Origin: an uncultured virus (IMG/VR IMGVR_UViG_3300042934_000354)
Lineage: Duplodnaviria > Heunggongvirae > Uroviricota > Caudoviricetes
IMG/VR virus record: IMGVR_UViG_3300042934_000354
Strand: one strand, 5' to 3'
Length of the DNA stretch: 64,000 nucleotides
The notes beneath the pieces are model-generated. The model saw nothing but the letters and a program-made list of their open reading frames with translations. It was not told where the DNA came from and searched no databases. Shown here one piece after another: positions 26,148-34,671 of the stretch. The position numbers and the translations under genes were made by a program. The stretch's first letter is position 1, and every line of letters starts with the position of its first letter.

Positions 26148-26792
26148 ATGACACAAACACCATCGAGGGACTGGCAAAAGGATATGGAGATAGCCGAGCA
26201 GCTAAAATTATGGGACGTAGATCCGGGAGGCGAGGAGGACGGCGCGGCCTTTTACACGATGGATGCCGATGGTATTTACACTACTGTCCGCGCTGACAAC
26301 ATGCTTGGCAAGGATGCCGAATTGCTTCATGAGGCGCTATATGCCCTTCCCTACTGGCTCCAAGAAGCCAAGAAACAATTCGATTTAGCAGAAGAGCTGA
26401 ACAATGAAGTATTCTCGGCAAATTGCGAAAGAGAAACCTTCGATCAAACGATAAAAGGTGGACTGGAGCGAGCGCTCAAGACAACGGACCCTTACGAGAT
26501 GCTGAAAGTAATACAAAGCTTGTATCGCACCCTATACCCAGATACCCCAGCACCCACCCAGACTGCCGGAATAAAGGTTAAATGCATACGAGATAATTAT
26601 TCCGGTGAAGGGAAGTTGTCGTTCATTTCCGGAAAAACCTATGAAGCTGATAAAACCGATGGCGACATTATCGTAGTTAACGAGCAAGGCAGCCGGCACA
26701 TAATCAAAACAGAAACGGGCTTGCATGAATTTTTCAGTACGTACTTTGAATTCATCACCCCAGCACCCAAGGAGGGCAGCCATGAAAATTAA
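26148..26792 (+). CDS. Mosaic hypothetical protein
   Basis: SD; internal segment bounded by 13-bp direct repeats. Confidence 0.65.
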   Translation: MTQTPSRDWQKDMEIAEQLKLWDVDPGGEEDGAAFYTMDADGIYTTVRADNMLGKDAELLHEALYALPYWLQEAKKQFDLAEELNNEVFSANCERETFDQTIKGGLERALKTTDPYEMLKVIQSLYRTLYPDTPAPTQTAGIKVKCIRDNYSGEGKLSFISGKTYEADKTDGDIIVVNEQGSRHIIKTETGLHEFFSTYFEFITPAPKEGSHEN

Positions 26793-26916
26793 ATCAGAAG
26801 TGACTATGTCAATCAAAGGATTCTTACACGATATGGGATTCACCGAAAGCGCAAAGTTAATCAGCGTTGAAGTCAAAGGTAACAAGGTGGTCATCACTGC
26901 GGAGGAGGGTGCTTAA
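26782..26916 (+). CDS. Small hypothetical protein
   Basis: AAGGAGG SD. Confidence 0.55.
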   Translation: MKIKSEVTMSIKGFLHDMGFTESAKLISVEVKGNKVVITAEEGA

Positions 26917-27179
26917 TGACACTCACAAGGGAAGAGAAGATAGACATTCTGAATTCGTTCTTTTTGCTGGAATGGGATTCATCAAGCAATGTGATTGACT
27001 ATATCTTCATCAATAACAACAGAACTAACGTTGATAAGCTGATGAATATCGGCGTGCCGGTGGATGAAATCAAAGCGAAGACAAGCGTTGCAGGAATAGA
27101 CATTGCTGAATTTGTCTTTAGTTATGGGGAAGCCGAGTGGCTATCTGAGACTGGAGAATTCTTAGACTATATACCTTGA
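26916..27179 (+). CDS. Hypothetical protein
   Basis: TAATG coupling. Confidence 0.65.
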   Translation: MTLTREEKIDILNSFFLLEWDSSSNVIDYIFINNNRTNVDKLMNIGVPVDEIKAKTSVAGIDIAEFVFSYGEAEWLSETGEFLDYIP

Positions 27180-27181
27180 TT

Positions 27182-27242
27182 GGCCGTCAGGCCTCCGATT
27201 CGACCGCACTACTCAGCGTCAGCGGAGGCCGACACAGGTCTG
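27182..27242 (+). repeat. Structured repeat motif, copy 2
   Basis: GGCC-GTCA-GGCC..CGATTC-GACCGCA..ACTCA-GC-GTCA-GC-GGAGGCCG. Confidence 0.75.
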
Positions 27243-27347
27243 GTACTTAACTTATAAGGGGGCAGAGACAACTGCTTGGTTGTTAAATTACCGGAAATTA
27301 AGGAATTTGGTTGTTACGCTAATTTACCCCAAAGGGAGAGGATACAC

Positions 27348-27761
27348 ATGAGCAAAGCGCCGATGTTCAAAGCCTGGGACATACGCCGAAAAAGGATGCG
27401 GGTGGTTCGAGAGATTAAATTCTTCGCTGATGGCATACGGGTGGATGTGGCCAAGCGTGAGGAAGATTACGAACCTCTACTCAATATGTCTGGATACGAT
27501 CCGGAATTCATACTTCTCAGGCACGTGGGGCTTGAAGGTGAAAATGTAAAAGAAGCATATGAAGGAAGTATCCTTAAAATTCCCGATTTATATGAAACCC
27601 CTGAAAATACAGAAATGACATATCATTACGAAAAAATTACTCATTCAGAAGGGACCTTTAAAGTTGGAGGATTTCCTATAGGTGAAGATTGGGATTATCT
27701 AAACGAAGCGGCAGAAGTTGTGGGAAATATATATGAGAATCCCGGAGTTGTCTGGGTATAA
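27348..27761 (+). CDS. YopX-family protein (second copy in P2)
   Basis: FKAWD...YEGSI...EVVGNIYENP. Confidence 0.85.
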   Translation: MSKAPMFKAWDIRRKRMRVVREIKFFADGIRVDVAKREEDYEPLLNMSGYDPEFILLRHVGLEGENVKEAYEGSILKIPDLYETPENTEMTYHYEKITHSEGTFKVGGFPIGEDWDYLNEAAEVVGNIYENPGVVWV

Positions 27762-27776
27762 GGGGGAGAAGAGGAT

Positions 27777-28124
27777 ATGAGCGAATGGATGACAGGCCAC
27801 TTAAATATCGGCAAGAAAATCACTGTGTACGGTAGAAATGCTATGAGTTGGGGAGTAAATATCCAATCAAAGAAATACGGATATATTTGCTTCAGATTAC
27901 CTTTCAGGTGTTTCGGCAGATGGGAACCACTTTACTTTTACTGCAGCCCTAATGCAACTCCTTGGGCGGCAACGTTCATGATAGGTAAAAAGCATGACAG
28001 CCGTGATTGGGCGTTATCTCGGGTTCGCCGGGTGGCACTAGGTCATAACTTCTATTACGATTCCGAAAACGATGACAACGGAAATTATGCAAGGCTGCGA
28101 CAAATAAACGACAGGGTGCTATAA
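27777..28124 (+). CDS. Hypothetical protein
   Basis: SD; 115 aa. Confidence 0.65.
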   Translation: MSEWMTGHLNIGKKITVYGRNAMSWGVNIQSKKYGYICFRLPFRCFGRWEPLYFYCSPNATPWAATFMIGKKHDSRDWALSRVRRVALGHNFYYDSENDDNGNYARLRQINDRVL

Positions 28125-28189
28125 GGCCGAAGGCCATCGAGTCAGACCGAAATACTCAGGCGGAGCCGGTGGCCGTATAGGGCTATCTG
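28125..28189 (+). repeat. Structured repeat motif, copy 3
   Basis: GGCC-GAA-GGCC..CGAGTC-AGACCGAA..ACTCA-GGC-GGA-GCC-GGTGGCCG. Confidence 0.75.
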
Positions 28190-28218
28190 CTCCCCATAAA
28201 GAAAGGAACAACAAACCT

Positions 28219-28428
28219 ATGATCAATTGGATAGAATACGACCCAGCGAATCCGCCGAGTGACTTTGAGATATATCTTATCTACCAGGAGTACAACGGGA
28301 AAGACGAGGTCTGTACAGCTTACCGGATGGGCGGACAATGGTTCACTTGCCAAGGGAGTGAAGCAGTAGAGGGCATCACTTATTACGGAGACTTCAACCT
28401 ACCAGGGGAGGATAAAGCAGATGACTAA
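28219..28428 (+). CDS. Small phage protein (DUF551-like)
   Basis: WI....P...YL...W.....IT pattern. Confidence 0.55.
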   Translation: MINWIEYDPANPPSDFEIYLIYQEYNGKDEVCTAYRMGGQWFTCQGSEAVEGITYYGDFNLPGEDKADD

Positions 28429-28885
28429 GTACCGGAAGAAGCCAGTAGTAATCGAAGCCGTTCAATGGTTTGAAGGGGATCAAGTGGAGGGCGTACAGGA
28501 TTTAGCCATGCTATCAGAAATGTATTTCAGCAAGTCGGCCGCCGATGGCAGATATGTCGTTAAGACGCTGGAAGGCATGATGCAGGTAAGCCCGGGCGAT
28601 TGGATCATTACTGGTGTCAAAGGCGAGAAGTATCCGTGTAAACCAGATATCTTTGAATTGACCTATGAACCGGCTGAGCCCACACCACCAGTACAGCCAG
28701 ACATTAAGCCGGGGGATAACGTGGAACACAAACATAGACCAGAGTGGGGCATAGGTACAGTGATGGCGGCCGCAGATAACGCTTTAGTATTTTTCAATGC
28801 CCGTAATTTTGATGATCAATTAACAGAATGTGAGTTTACTGAACTGGAGGTAATAACCGATGATCAGCCAACAAAAGAAGCATAA
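28421..28885 (+). CDS. Phage protein (PGDYG-like) with C-terminal SH3-like domain
   Basis: KYRKKPVVIEAVQW...TLEG...SPGDWII.GVKGE.YPCKPDIF..TYE. Confidence 0.8.
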   Translation: MTKYRKKPVVIEAVQWFEGDQVEGVQDLAMLSEMYFSKSAADGRYVVKTLEGMMQVSPGDWIITGVKGEKYPCKPDIFELTYEPAEPTPPVQPDIKPGDNVEHKHRPEWGIGTVMAAADNALVFFNARNFDDQLTECEFTELEVITDDQPTKEA

Positions 28886-29183
28886 GCGCGTCACCCCTAT
28901 GCCGGTAGTATCCAGTTTCCCACCACCGAACCGTGAGACGGTCCACAGCATAGTGACCACATACACGTTAACGCCGGAAGAACTGGCCGAAGTGATTGCC
29001 AAGTACGGACCACCAACACGGCCATACGGAAGCTACAGCAGCATAGCAACACCGCCAACACGCCAGCAGGGAGGTGCCAAGCGTGGTACAGTTCGAGATA
29101 AAAGTAAAACCAATGGGAAGCGTACGAATGACGCAAAAGGGAAAGTGGACGGACCCGGCAGCACAAAGGTATCTGGACTATAA
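28860..29183 (+). CDS. Hypothetical protein overlapping rusA
   Basis: TYTLTPEELAE...KYG motif; start uncertain. Confidence 0.45.
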   Translation: MISQQKKHKRVTPMPVVSSFPPPNRETVHSIVTTYTLTPEELAEVIAKYGPPTRPYGSYSSIATPPTRQQGGAKRGTVRDKSKTNGKRTNDAKGKVDGPGSTKVSGL

Positions 29184-29487
29184 GAAACTGCTGGGATACG
29201 AAGCACGCAAGCACATTAAGACACCGTTAGATCAGCCTATCATCGTCACAGTGGACTTTTATTATCAGATCCCTACCTCATTTACGAAAGCCAAGAAGAA
29301 GCTCATACAGGAAGGTAAGCTACGTCCTGTGGTCAAGCCGGACATCGACAATGCCGCCAAAGGGATCATGGACTCACTCAACAAGATAGCTTATCTGGAT
29401 GATAACCAAGTCGTGGGGCTACACACAAACAAGTACTATGCAGACGAGGCACGAATCGTAATCCAAATTGAGGAGTGGATCGCATGA
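29083..29487 (+). CDS. rusA: RusA-family Holliday junction resolvase
   Basis: KPDIDN..K...DSLN...DDNQV. Confidence 0.92.
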   Translation: MVQFEIKVKPMGSVRMTQKGKWTDPAAQRYLDYKKLLGYEARKHIKTPLDQPIIVTVDFYYQIPTSFTKAKKKLIQEGKLRPVVKPDIDNAAKGIMDSLNKIAYLDDNQVVGLHTNKYYADEARIVIQIEEWIA

Positions 29488-29681
29488 GAGCAGCATGGAT
29501 CAACCTTGTCACTGGATATAAGCTTCTGGACGACTATGGAGCCCATAGAGGCACTATCATCACCTTGGACAAGCAAACACACCAGCGTAGCTTAAGGGCG
29601 CTGTATGAGCCTCCTGTGGTGGTATACACGGAAGGCAGCAAGATCCTGCACAAAGGTGAGATTGATCGCAAAACGGCATGA
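29484..29681 (+). CDS. Hypothetical protein
   Basis: ATGA coupling. Confidence 0.55.
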   Translation: MRAAWINLVTGYKLLDDYGAHRGTIITLDKQTHQRSLRALYEPPVVVYTEGSKILHKGEIDRKTA

Positions 29682-29789
29682 TTAATTCTATGAAAACGTG
29701 AGAAAACGAAAGATATTTGTACAATAGTCGCGGGAAATAGTGTATAATATAGGTAATAATCAATTATTTGAGCGAAAAGAGGGGTATTC

Positions 29790-30785
29790 GTGGAAATATC
29801 GGAATTGCAAGATCAAATCGAGCAGCTACAGTATGAGTTGAACATGGAAAATCAGCGCGGTGGGTTGAAGGATGCAGCCAAGGTAGAGGGCCTGGAATCA
29901 CAGATTGCTGAATTGAAAGCTGAGATGGAAAAACCAGAACTTCCCCCAGAGATTGTAAAGGCAAATGAGGAAGCAGAACTGTTCGGGACAGCCTTTGAAC
30001 CATTCTGCAAAAACACCCTATCTTATAACGTGATCCGCGAAAAAGTATTCGCTAAAACGTATGCCCTGATGGACGCTTTAACTGATGCACAAGTGCAGGC
30101 GGAAGAAACAGCGGCTATCACGAACAGCGAACTATCTGAACTATCACAACAGATTGAGGACCGTGACGCGATTATCTCCGGGCTGCGCAAGGAACTGTTT
30201 GAAGCGAAGGAACTGGCAGAGGACAATGCCAACAAGCGTGACGCAGCAGGCCGTGAGCTATCGGAAGCCTCACAGACCATAGATGCGCTTAAGGATAAGC
30301 TTGCAGCTGCCGAAGTAGAGCCGCCGAAGAAGAGAACAAACGTGGAAGGATCCGAAGAAGCGTCCGAAGAGCTCAAAAAGACACTACCCGTTATATACGA
30401 TGTGGAAGAACTGGACCACCGCAGAAGCCGGTTCCGGGCGAAATTTGCAGAGACAGACGAATCTTTCGAAGACTGGTTTATTTACAAAGAGGCCAGATAT
30501 GTGGAGGTGTCCGCTGAACAAGCGGTGACATTTCGAACCGAGTACCTTGCAGCGCAACAACCGGCGCCTGTTGAAGAGGATCATTCATACGATATTCCCG
30601 ACAGCACAGACGAGGTAGAAACGACTTACACCGCACCTGCCTTTCGTGGCGAAGACGAGAACGCCGCAGAGCCTGGATTGGCTGCTGAGGCATCAACAGT
30701 GGCTGGATCGCCAGTTACACGCGAAGAATTCGAAGAGCTCAAAGCCAGAGTCGCCCAGATCGAATCCAATAGATCGGTTGCTTAA
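29790..30785 (+). CDS. Acidic coiled-coil protein with its own promoter and terminator
   Basis: TATAAT upstream; GGCGGCTCCGGTCGCC-TTTT downstream. Confidence 0.75.
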   Translation: MEISELQDQIEQLQYELNMENQRGGLKDAAKVEGLESQIAELKAEMEKPELPPEIVKANEEAELFGTAFEPFCKNTLSYNVIREKVFAKTYALMDALTDAQVQAEETAAITNSELSELSQQIEDRDAIISGLRKELFEAKELAEDNANKRDAAGRELSEASQTIDALKDKLAAAEVEPPKKRTNVEGSEEASEELKKTLPVIYDVEELDHRRSRFRAKFAETDESFEDWFIYKEARYVEVSAEQAVTFRTEYLAAQQPAPVEEDHSYDIPDSTDEVETTYTAPAFRGEDENAAEPGLAAEASTVAGSPVTREEFEELKARVAQIESNRSVA

Positions 30786-30837
30786 GAAGATAAATGAATG
30801 AGGCGGCTCCGGTCGCCTTTTCCCCTAAGGTGATGAA

Positions 30838-30981
30838 ATGAACGTAGGCGATAGGGTCCAGCACAAGTCAGGCTTAACCGGCAGGATCGTAAGCATCACA
30901 GAGTGGGTATATGTATTGATAGACGAGTCGATGACGGTAGTACCGTATTATGCAGTGAGCCTGGAAGTGATTGAGGATTAA
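30838..30981 (+). CDS. Small SH3/KOW-like protein (47 aa)
   Basis: MNVGDRVQHKSGLTGRIV; SD AAGGTG. Confidence 0.55.
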   Translation: MNVGDRVQHKSGLTGRIVSITEWVYVLIDESMTVVPYYAVSLEVIED

Positions 30982-31001
30982 TCTATAGGGGGGATTAACA
31001 C

Positions 31002-31268
31002 ATGATCAAGTTCCAAGTAGGGGAAAGTGAAATGATCATGCAAGATGGTGAAGATGCTGAATCATTTATATCTCAAATGGTAGCAAAAGCCATGGTAGAG
31101 CGTCAGAACGGAGACTTTAGGATTACTGCAGATGATGCTGTTGTTAGGATTGAAAAACATCCAGCGAGTGTAGATGATGCTCACGAGACATTGGCAGAGT
31201 ACTTAAAGGGTAAATGCCGTATGATCGTTCTGAGGTCCGTTAGAACAAGACATCTTGAACGTTATTAA
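31002..31268 (+). CDS. Hypothetical protein
   Basis: SD GGGGG. Confidence 0.6.
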   Translation: MIKFQVGESEMIMQDGEDAESFISQMVAKAMVERQNGDFRITADDAVVRIEKHPASVDDAHETLAEYLKGKCRMIVLRSVRTRHLERY

Positions 31269-31280
31269 GGGGGGATAACC

Positions 31281-31700
31281 ATGAACTGGAAGGAGTCATA
31301 CGCTGATACGTGTGCGGAGCTGCAGATACTTCGTCTCAGGGAAAAGGAAGTCAAGCGAAGAGTTGAGTTGGCATATAAGTACACAGTAATCGGCAGCATG
31401 CCATCATCAGGGCCATACGTGCATATCTCTCTAGATAAAGGGCTGGAGAAGATTGAGAGAGAACAGCATGAATTGGAATGCATCCGGGAAGAGATCGACC
31501 GTGTGCAGAAGATGAAGAATGACATGGACGTGGAGATTGCTAAGTTCACCGGACTGGAAAATATGATCCAAAGCAGACGACTTGCAGGTAAAAAGTACAA
31601 GGAAATTGCAATGGAATTAGGCTACAGTGAAAGCCATATTCGCACTTATTGCTACAAAAGAGGATACAAAAAGGATACACAAAGTACAAATGCATCGTGA
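31281..31700 (+). CDS. Late transcriptional activator (RinA/ArpU-like, sigma70 region-4 HTH)
   Basis: KKYKEIAMELGYSESHIR; last early gene before the packaging module. Confidence 0.75.
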   Translation: MNWKESYADTCAELQILRLREKEVKRRVELAYKYTVIGSMPSSGPYVHISLDKGLEKIEREQHELECIREEIDRVQKMKNDMDVEIAKFTGLENMIQSRRLAGKKYKEIAMELGYSESHIRTYCYKRGYKKDTQSTNAS

Positions 31701-31717
31701 TATTATAGTAGTATGAG

Positions 31718-32098
31718 GAATTGGCGATCAGTGACCCGGGGACTGCCCCTATCGCCGATTCCCATCACTTGGATGATTCACTCCTACCCCTTGGCGCTGG
31801 GAGACTGGCGCTACATTTTAGCAACACCCATCCATAACGCGCTAATGCGCACACTTCGATGTTGGGGATGGTTTGCATATAGGCCTGCATGTACGTTATG
31901 ACGGTTAAGCTATGCTTAGCTTAGTACTTGTGGGCTATCTCATAGTGATAACGCCGGTCGGCCTATGGGATTACAGGGATCGGGCATAAAAGGGAAACAC
32001 AAGGCAAAGCATCAAGGGGCCGAGTGCACGCGCATGACGGGGTTTAGGGCGCGCTGAATCTGCAAGAGGTAACGGTATACGCCGTTGCCTTTTTTGTT
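31718..32098 (+). ncRNA. Putative structured late-leader RNA ending in an intrinsic terminator
   Basis: Several long hairpins with G-U pairs on the + strand; terminator GGTAACGG-tatacg-CCGTTGCC-TTTTTT. Confidence 0.45.
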
Positions 32099-32103
32099 TT
32101 TAT

Positions 32104-32163
32104 CTCTGCATCGATTCGACCGAATTACCCAGTGAAACGGGGGCCGCAATGAGGCATTCAGAG
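32104..32163 (+). repeat. Structured repeat motif, copy 4
   Basis: CGATTC-GACCGAA..ACCCA-GT-GAA-AC-GGGGGCCG. Confidence 0.65.
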
Positions 32164-32223
32164 TATTACTTATCTATTATATTTATCATTATGATGACTA
32201 TAGTGATCGAGGTGGTGAGATAG

Positions 32224-32442
32224 ATGAAACTACATCCAGATGGAACGGTTGAAGGTACGCCAGAGGAAATTATGAAGTATCAGCAGCTTAAACCAGTGGG
32301 AGTAAAGCCTATTGGCGCAGCAACAAGCATTGGATCACCACTGAGTGGCGCCGTAACGTATCCGGGAGACGGCCAAACGTATATATCAACTAAGCCATCA
32401 CAGGCGAGATATGACGCAAATGCGCAGACTACAACAGTATAA
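32224..32442 (+). CDS. Hypothetical protein
   Basis: SD; MKL.PDGTVEGTPEEI. Confidence 0.6.
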   Translation: MKLHPDGTVEGTPEEIMKYQQLKPVGVKPIGAATSIGSPLSGAVTYPGDGQTYISTKPSQARYDANAQTTTV

Positions 32443-32532
32443 GTCTCCGAAATTACGAGTGTTATACTTTGTAAATCGAAAATAGGCGTGAATTATAGCG
32501 CAATTAAGTTAGATTAGAGGGAGGTGAACACA

Positions 32533-33027
32533 ATGGCAGGAGGCAGACCAAGCAAGTACCATTCCAACGTTGAACCGAAACTCCTGCTCATTGAGGCATG
32601 GTGCAGGGACGGATTAACTGTTGAAGATATCGCGGCTAACCTAGAGGTTTCTGCTGCAAGTATGTATGAGTATCAAAAAAAATATCCTGAGTTGTTAGAG
32701 GCCTTAAAAAGGAATAGGGAATTTGCAGACGCGATTGTCGAGAATTCTTTGTACAAACGGGCTCTTGGATATGAATTTGATGAAATCACACACGAACCTC
32801 TATATAACATGCTGGGTGATCCTATATTAAATCCAGACGGAACTCCAAAAGTGGCTGTAACAAAGATTGTTCGTAAGCAAGTGGTACCAGATACTACTGC
32901 TCAAATCTTCTGGCTGAAGAACCGTAAGCCGCAGCAGTGGAGAGATAAGCAAGAGCTTGGCATAGAAGGTGAACTCAACATAAAAGTGTCCTTACCGAAA
33001 GGATTGACCCCAGATGCCGACAATTAA
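32533..33027 (+). CDS. terS: Terminase small subunit
   Basis: GRPSKY...HTH...PDTTAQIFWLKNR.P..WRDK; directly before TerL. Confidence 0.88.
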   Translation: MAGGRPSKYHSNVEPKLLLIEAWCRDGLTVEDIAANLEVSAASMYEYQKKYPELLEALKRNREFADAIVENSLYKRALGYEFDEITHEPLYNMLGDPILNPDGTPKVAVTKIVRKQVVPDTTAQIFWLKNRKPQQWRDKQELGIEGELNIKVSLPKGLTPDADN

Positions 33028-34489
33028 CATCGACTTAACCGAGTTGCCGAACCTTACGAATGATCGGTTCTATCCCCTTTACATGAATAAGGATAGATAC
33101 TTGGTGCTGATGGGCGGCGGCGGTTCGGGTAAGTCGGTGTTTACGGCTCAGAAGATCATCTTCCGGCTACTGACTGAACAGAAGCACCGTATCCTCGTAC
33201 TACGTAAGGTAGCGAAGACGCTGCGTGAATCGGTGTTTATGGAGCTTAAGAACGCGATATACCGGTGGGGCTTGGAAAAGCTGTTCAAGATTCCGAAAGG
33301 AACGAGCTCAGAACTGCACATAAGCTGCATCAACGGCAATGAGATCCTATTTGCTGGATTGGATGATGTAGAGAAGCTTAAGTCCATTTCAGGTGTCACC
33401 AGCGTCTGGATGGAAGAAGCAAGCGAGTGTTCACCGGAAGACTTCAGGCAGCTAGATATCCGGTTACGTGGCAAGCATATCAATTACAAGCAGATGATGA
33501 TCACCTTTAACCCGATTGACATCAACCATTGGCTGAAGAAAGAATTCTTCGATCAACCCAAGCCAAACGCCACTACGATCCACAGCACATACAAGCACAA
33601 TAAGTTCCTGGACGATGAAGCCATTAAGGTGCTGGAGGCGTTCAGGGAGACCGACCCATACTTCTACCAGGTGTACGCGCTTGGAGAATGGGGAGTGCTT
33701 GGTAAGACCATATTCAACGCTCAGAAAGTAAGTGAGCGCATCTCATACCTTCGCGACCATGATCCATTGGTGCAGCGAGGGTATTTTGTTTATCAGAAAG
33801 ATGCTGCAGATAAGATCATGGACAGCACTATCAAGTGGATTGAGGACGACAACGGGTATATCAAGTTATTTGAGAGACCGCAGTCGCAGACACCTTATGT
33901 AATCGGCGGTGACACGGCTGGTGATGGATCGGATAACTTTATAGGCCAAGTGATCAACAACGTCACAGGCAGGCAATCAGCCGTGTATAAGAACCAGTTT
34001 GACGAGGATTTGTATGCAGAGCAGATGTATTGCCTAGGAAAGCATTACAATTACGCGCTGGAGAGCATTGAAACCAATTTCAGCAGCCATCCGGTTAAGG
34101 TACTCAGCCGACTTGAGTATACGAATCAGTACATCCGGGAGCGCGAGGATACATTCACCGGTTCCATTACCAAAGCGTATGGCTTCCGAACAGATAAGCT
34201 TACCCGTCCTTCGGCAATAGCTGAACTAGTGAAGATCGTACGTGAGTCCGTGAACCTTATCAACGATATCGATACGCTGAACGAGATGTTGACCTTTGTA
34301 CGCAACGAGAAAGGGCGACCACAGGCACAAGAAGGCGCTCATGATGATTTGATCATGGCCCTTGCGATTGCTTATTACAGCCGAGGACAGCAGGAAAGTA
34401 GATTGCTGCAGAAGGCGATAGAAACACCTGTCACACCGTTCCCATTCCGCACAGACGAACCCACCGGAGGTGATTACTTAGCATGGTAA
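33014..34489 (+). CDS. terL: Terminase large subunit, PBSX family
   Basis: GGGGSGKS, WMEEASE, TFNP, HDD..MA. Confidence 0.96.
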   Translation: MPTINIDLTELPNLTNDRFYPLYMNKDRYLVLMGGGGSGKSVFTAQKIIFRLLTEQKHRILVLRKVAKTLRESVFMELKNAIYRWGLEKLFKIPKGTSSELHISCINGNEILFAGLDDVEKLKSISGVTSVWMEEASECSPEDFRQLDIRLRGKHINYKQMMITFNPIDINHWLKKEFFDQPKPNATTIHSTYKHNKFLDDEAIKVLEAFRETDPYFYQVYALGEWGVLGKTIFNAQKVSERISYLRDHDPLVQRGYFVYQKDAADKIMDSTIKWIEDDNGYIKLFERPQSQTPYVIGGDTAGDGSDNFIGQVINNVTGRQSAVYKNQFDEDLYAEQMYCLGKHYNYALESIETNFSSHPVKVLSRLEYTNQYIREREDTFTGSITKAYGFRTDKLTRPSAIAELVKIVRESVNLINDIDTLNEMLTFVRNEKGRPQAQEGAHDDLIMALAIAYYSRGQQESRLLQKAIETPVTPFPFRTDEPTGGDYLAW

Positions 34490-34671
34490 AAGAGGCCGCA
34501 GACCTTGGTGAGCTACTTAAGTTGCCAAACCTGGAGGAAGAGACAACCGCACTAATCAATGCGAAGATGCGCGAATTCATAGGCGAAGTGAAGCCGACAC
34601 CACCGGAGGTCAAACAGGAAGTTGAAAGTATCGTGGCCGAGTGGCTAGGCGCACAGAAAGAAGGTGAGTAA
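34483..34671 (+). CDS. Small hypothetical protein
   Basis: GGAGG SD; between TerL and portal. Confidence 0.6.
   Translation: MVKEAADLGELLKLPNLEEETTALINAKMREFIGEVKPTPPEVKQEVESIVAEWLGAQKEGE

Noticed and set aside
31713..31901. 62-aa ORF after the late activator
   Set aside because: No SD, and it overlaps strong RNA stems; more likely non-coding
31700..32200. tRNA or self-cleaving ribozyme
   Set aside because: No cloverleaf or ribozyme consensus recognisable by eye; needs tRNAscan-SE and Infernal
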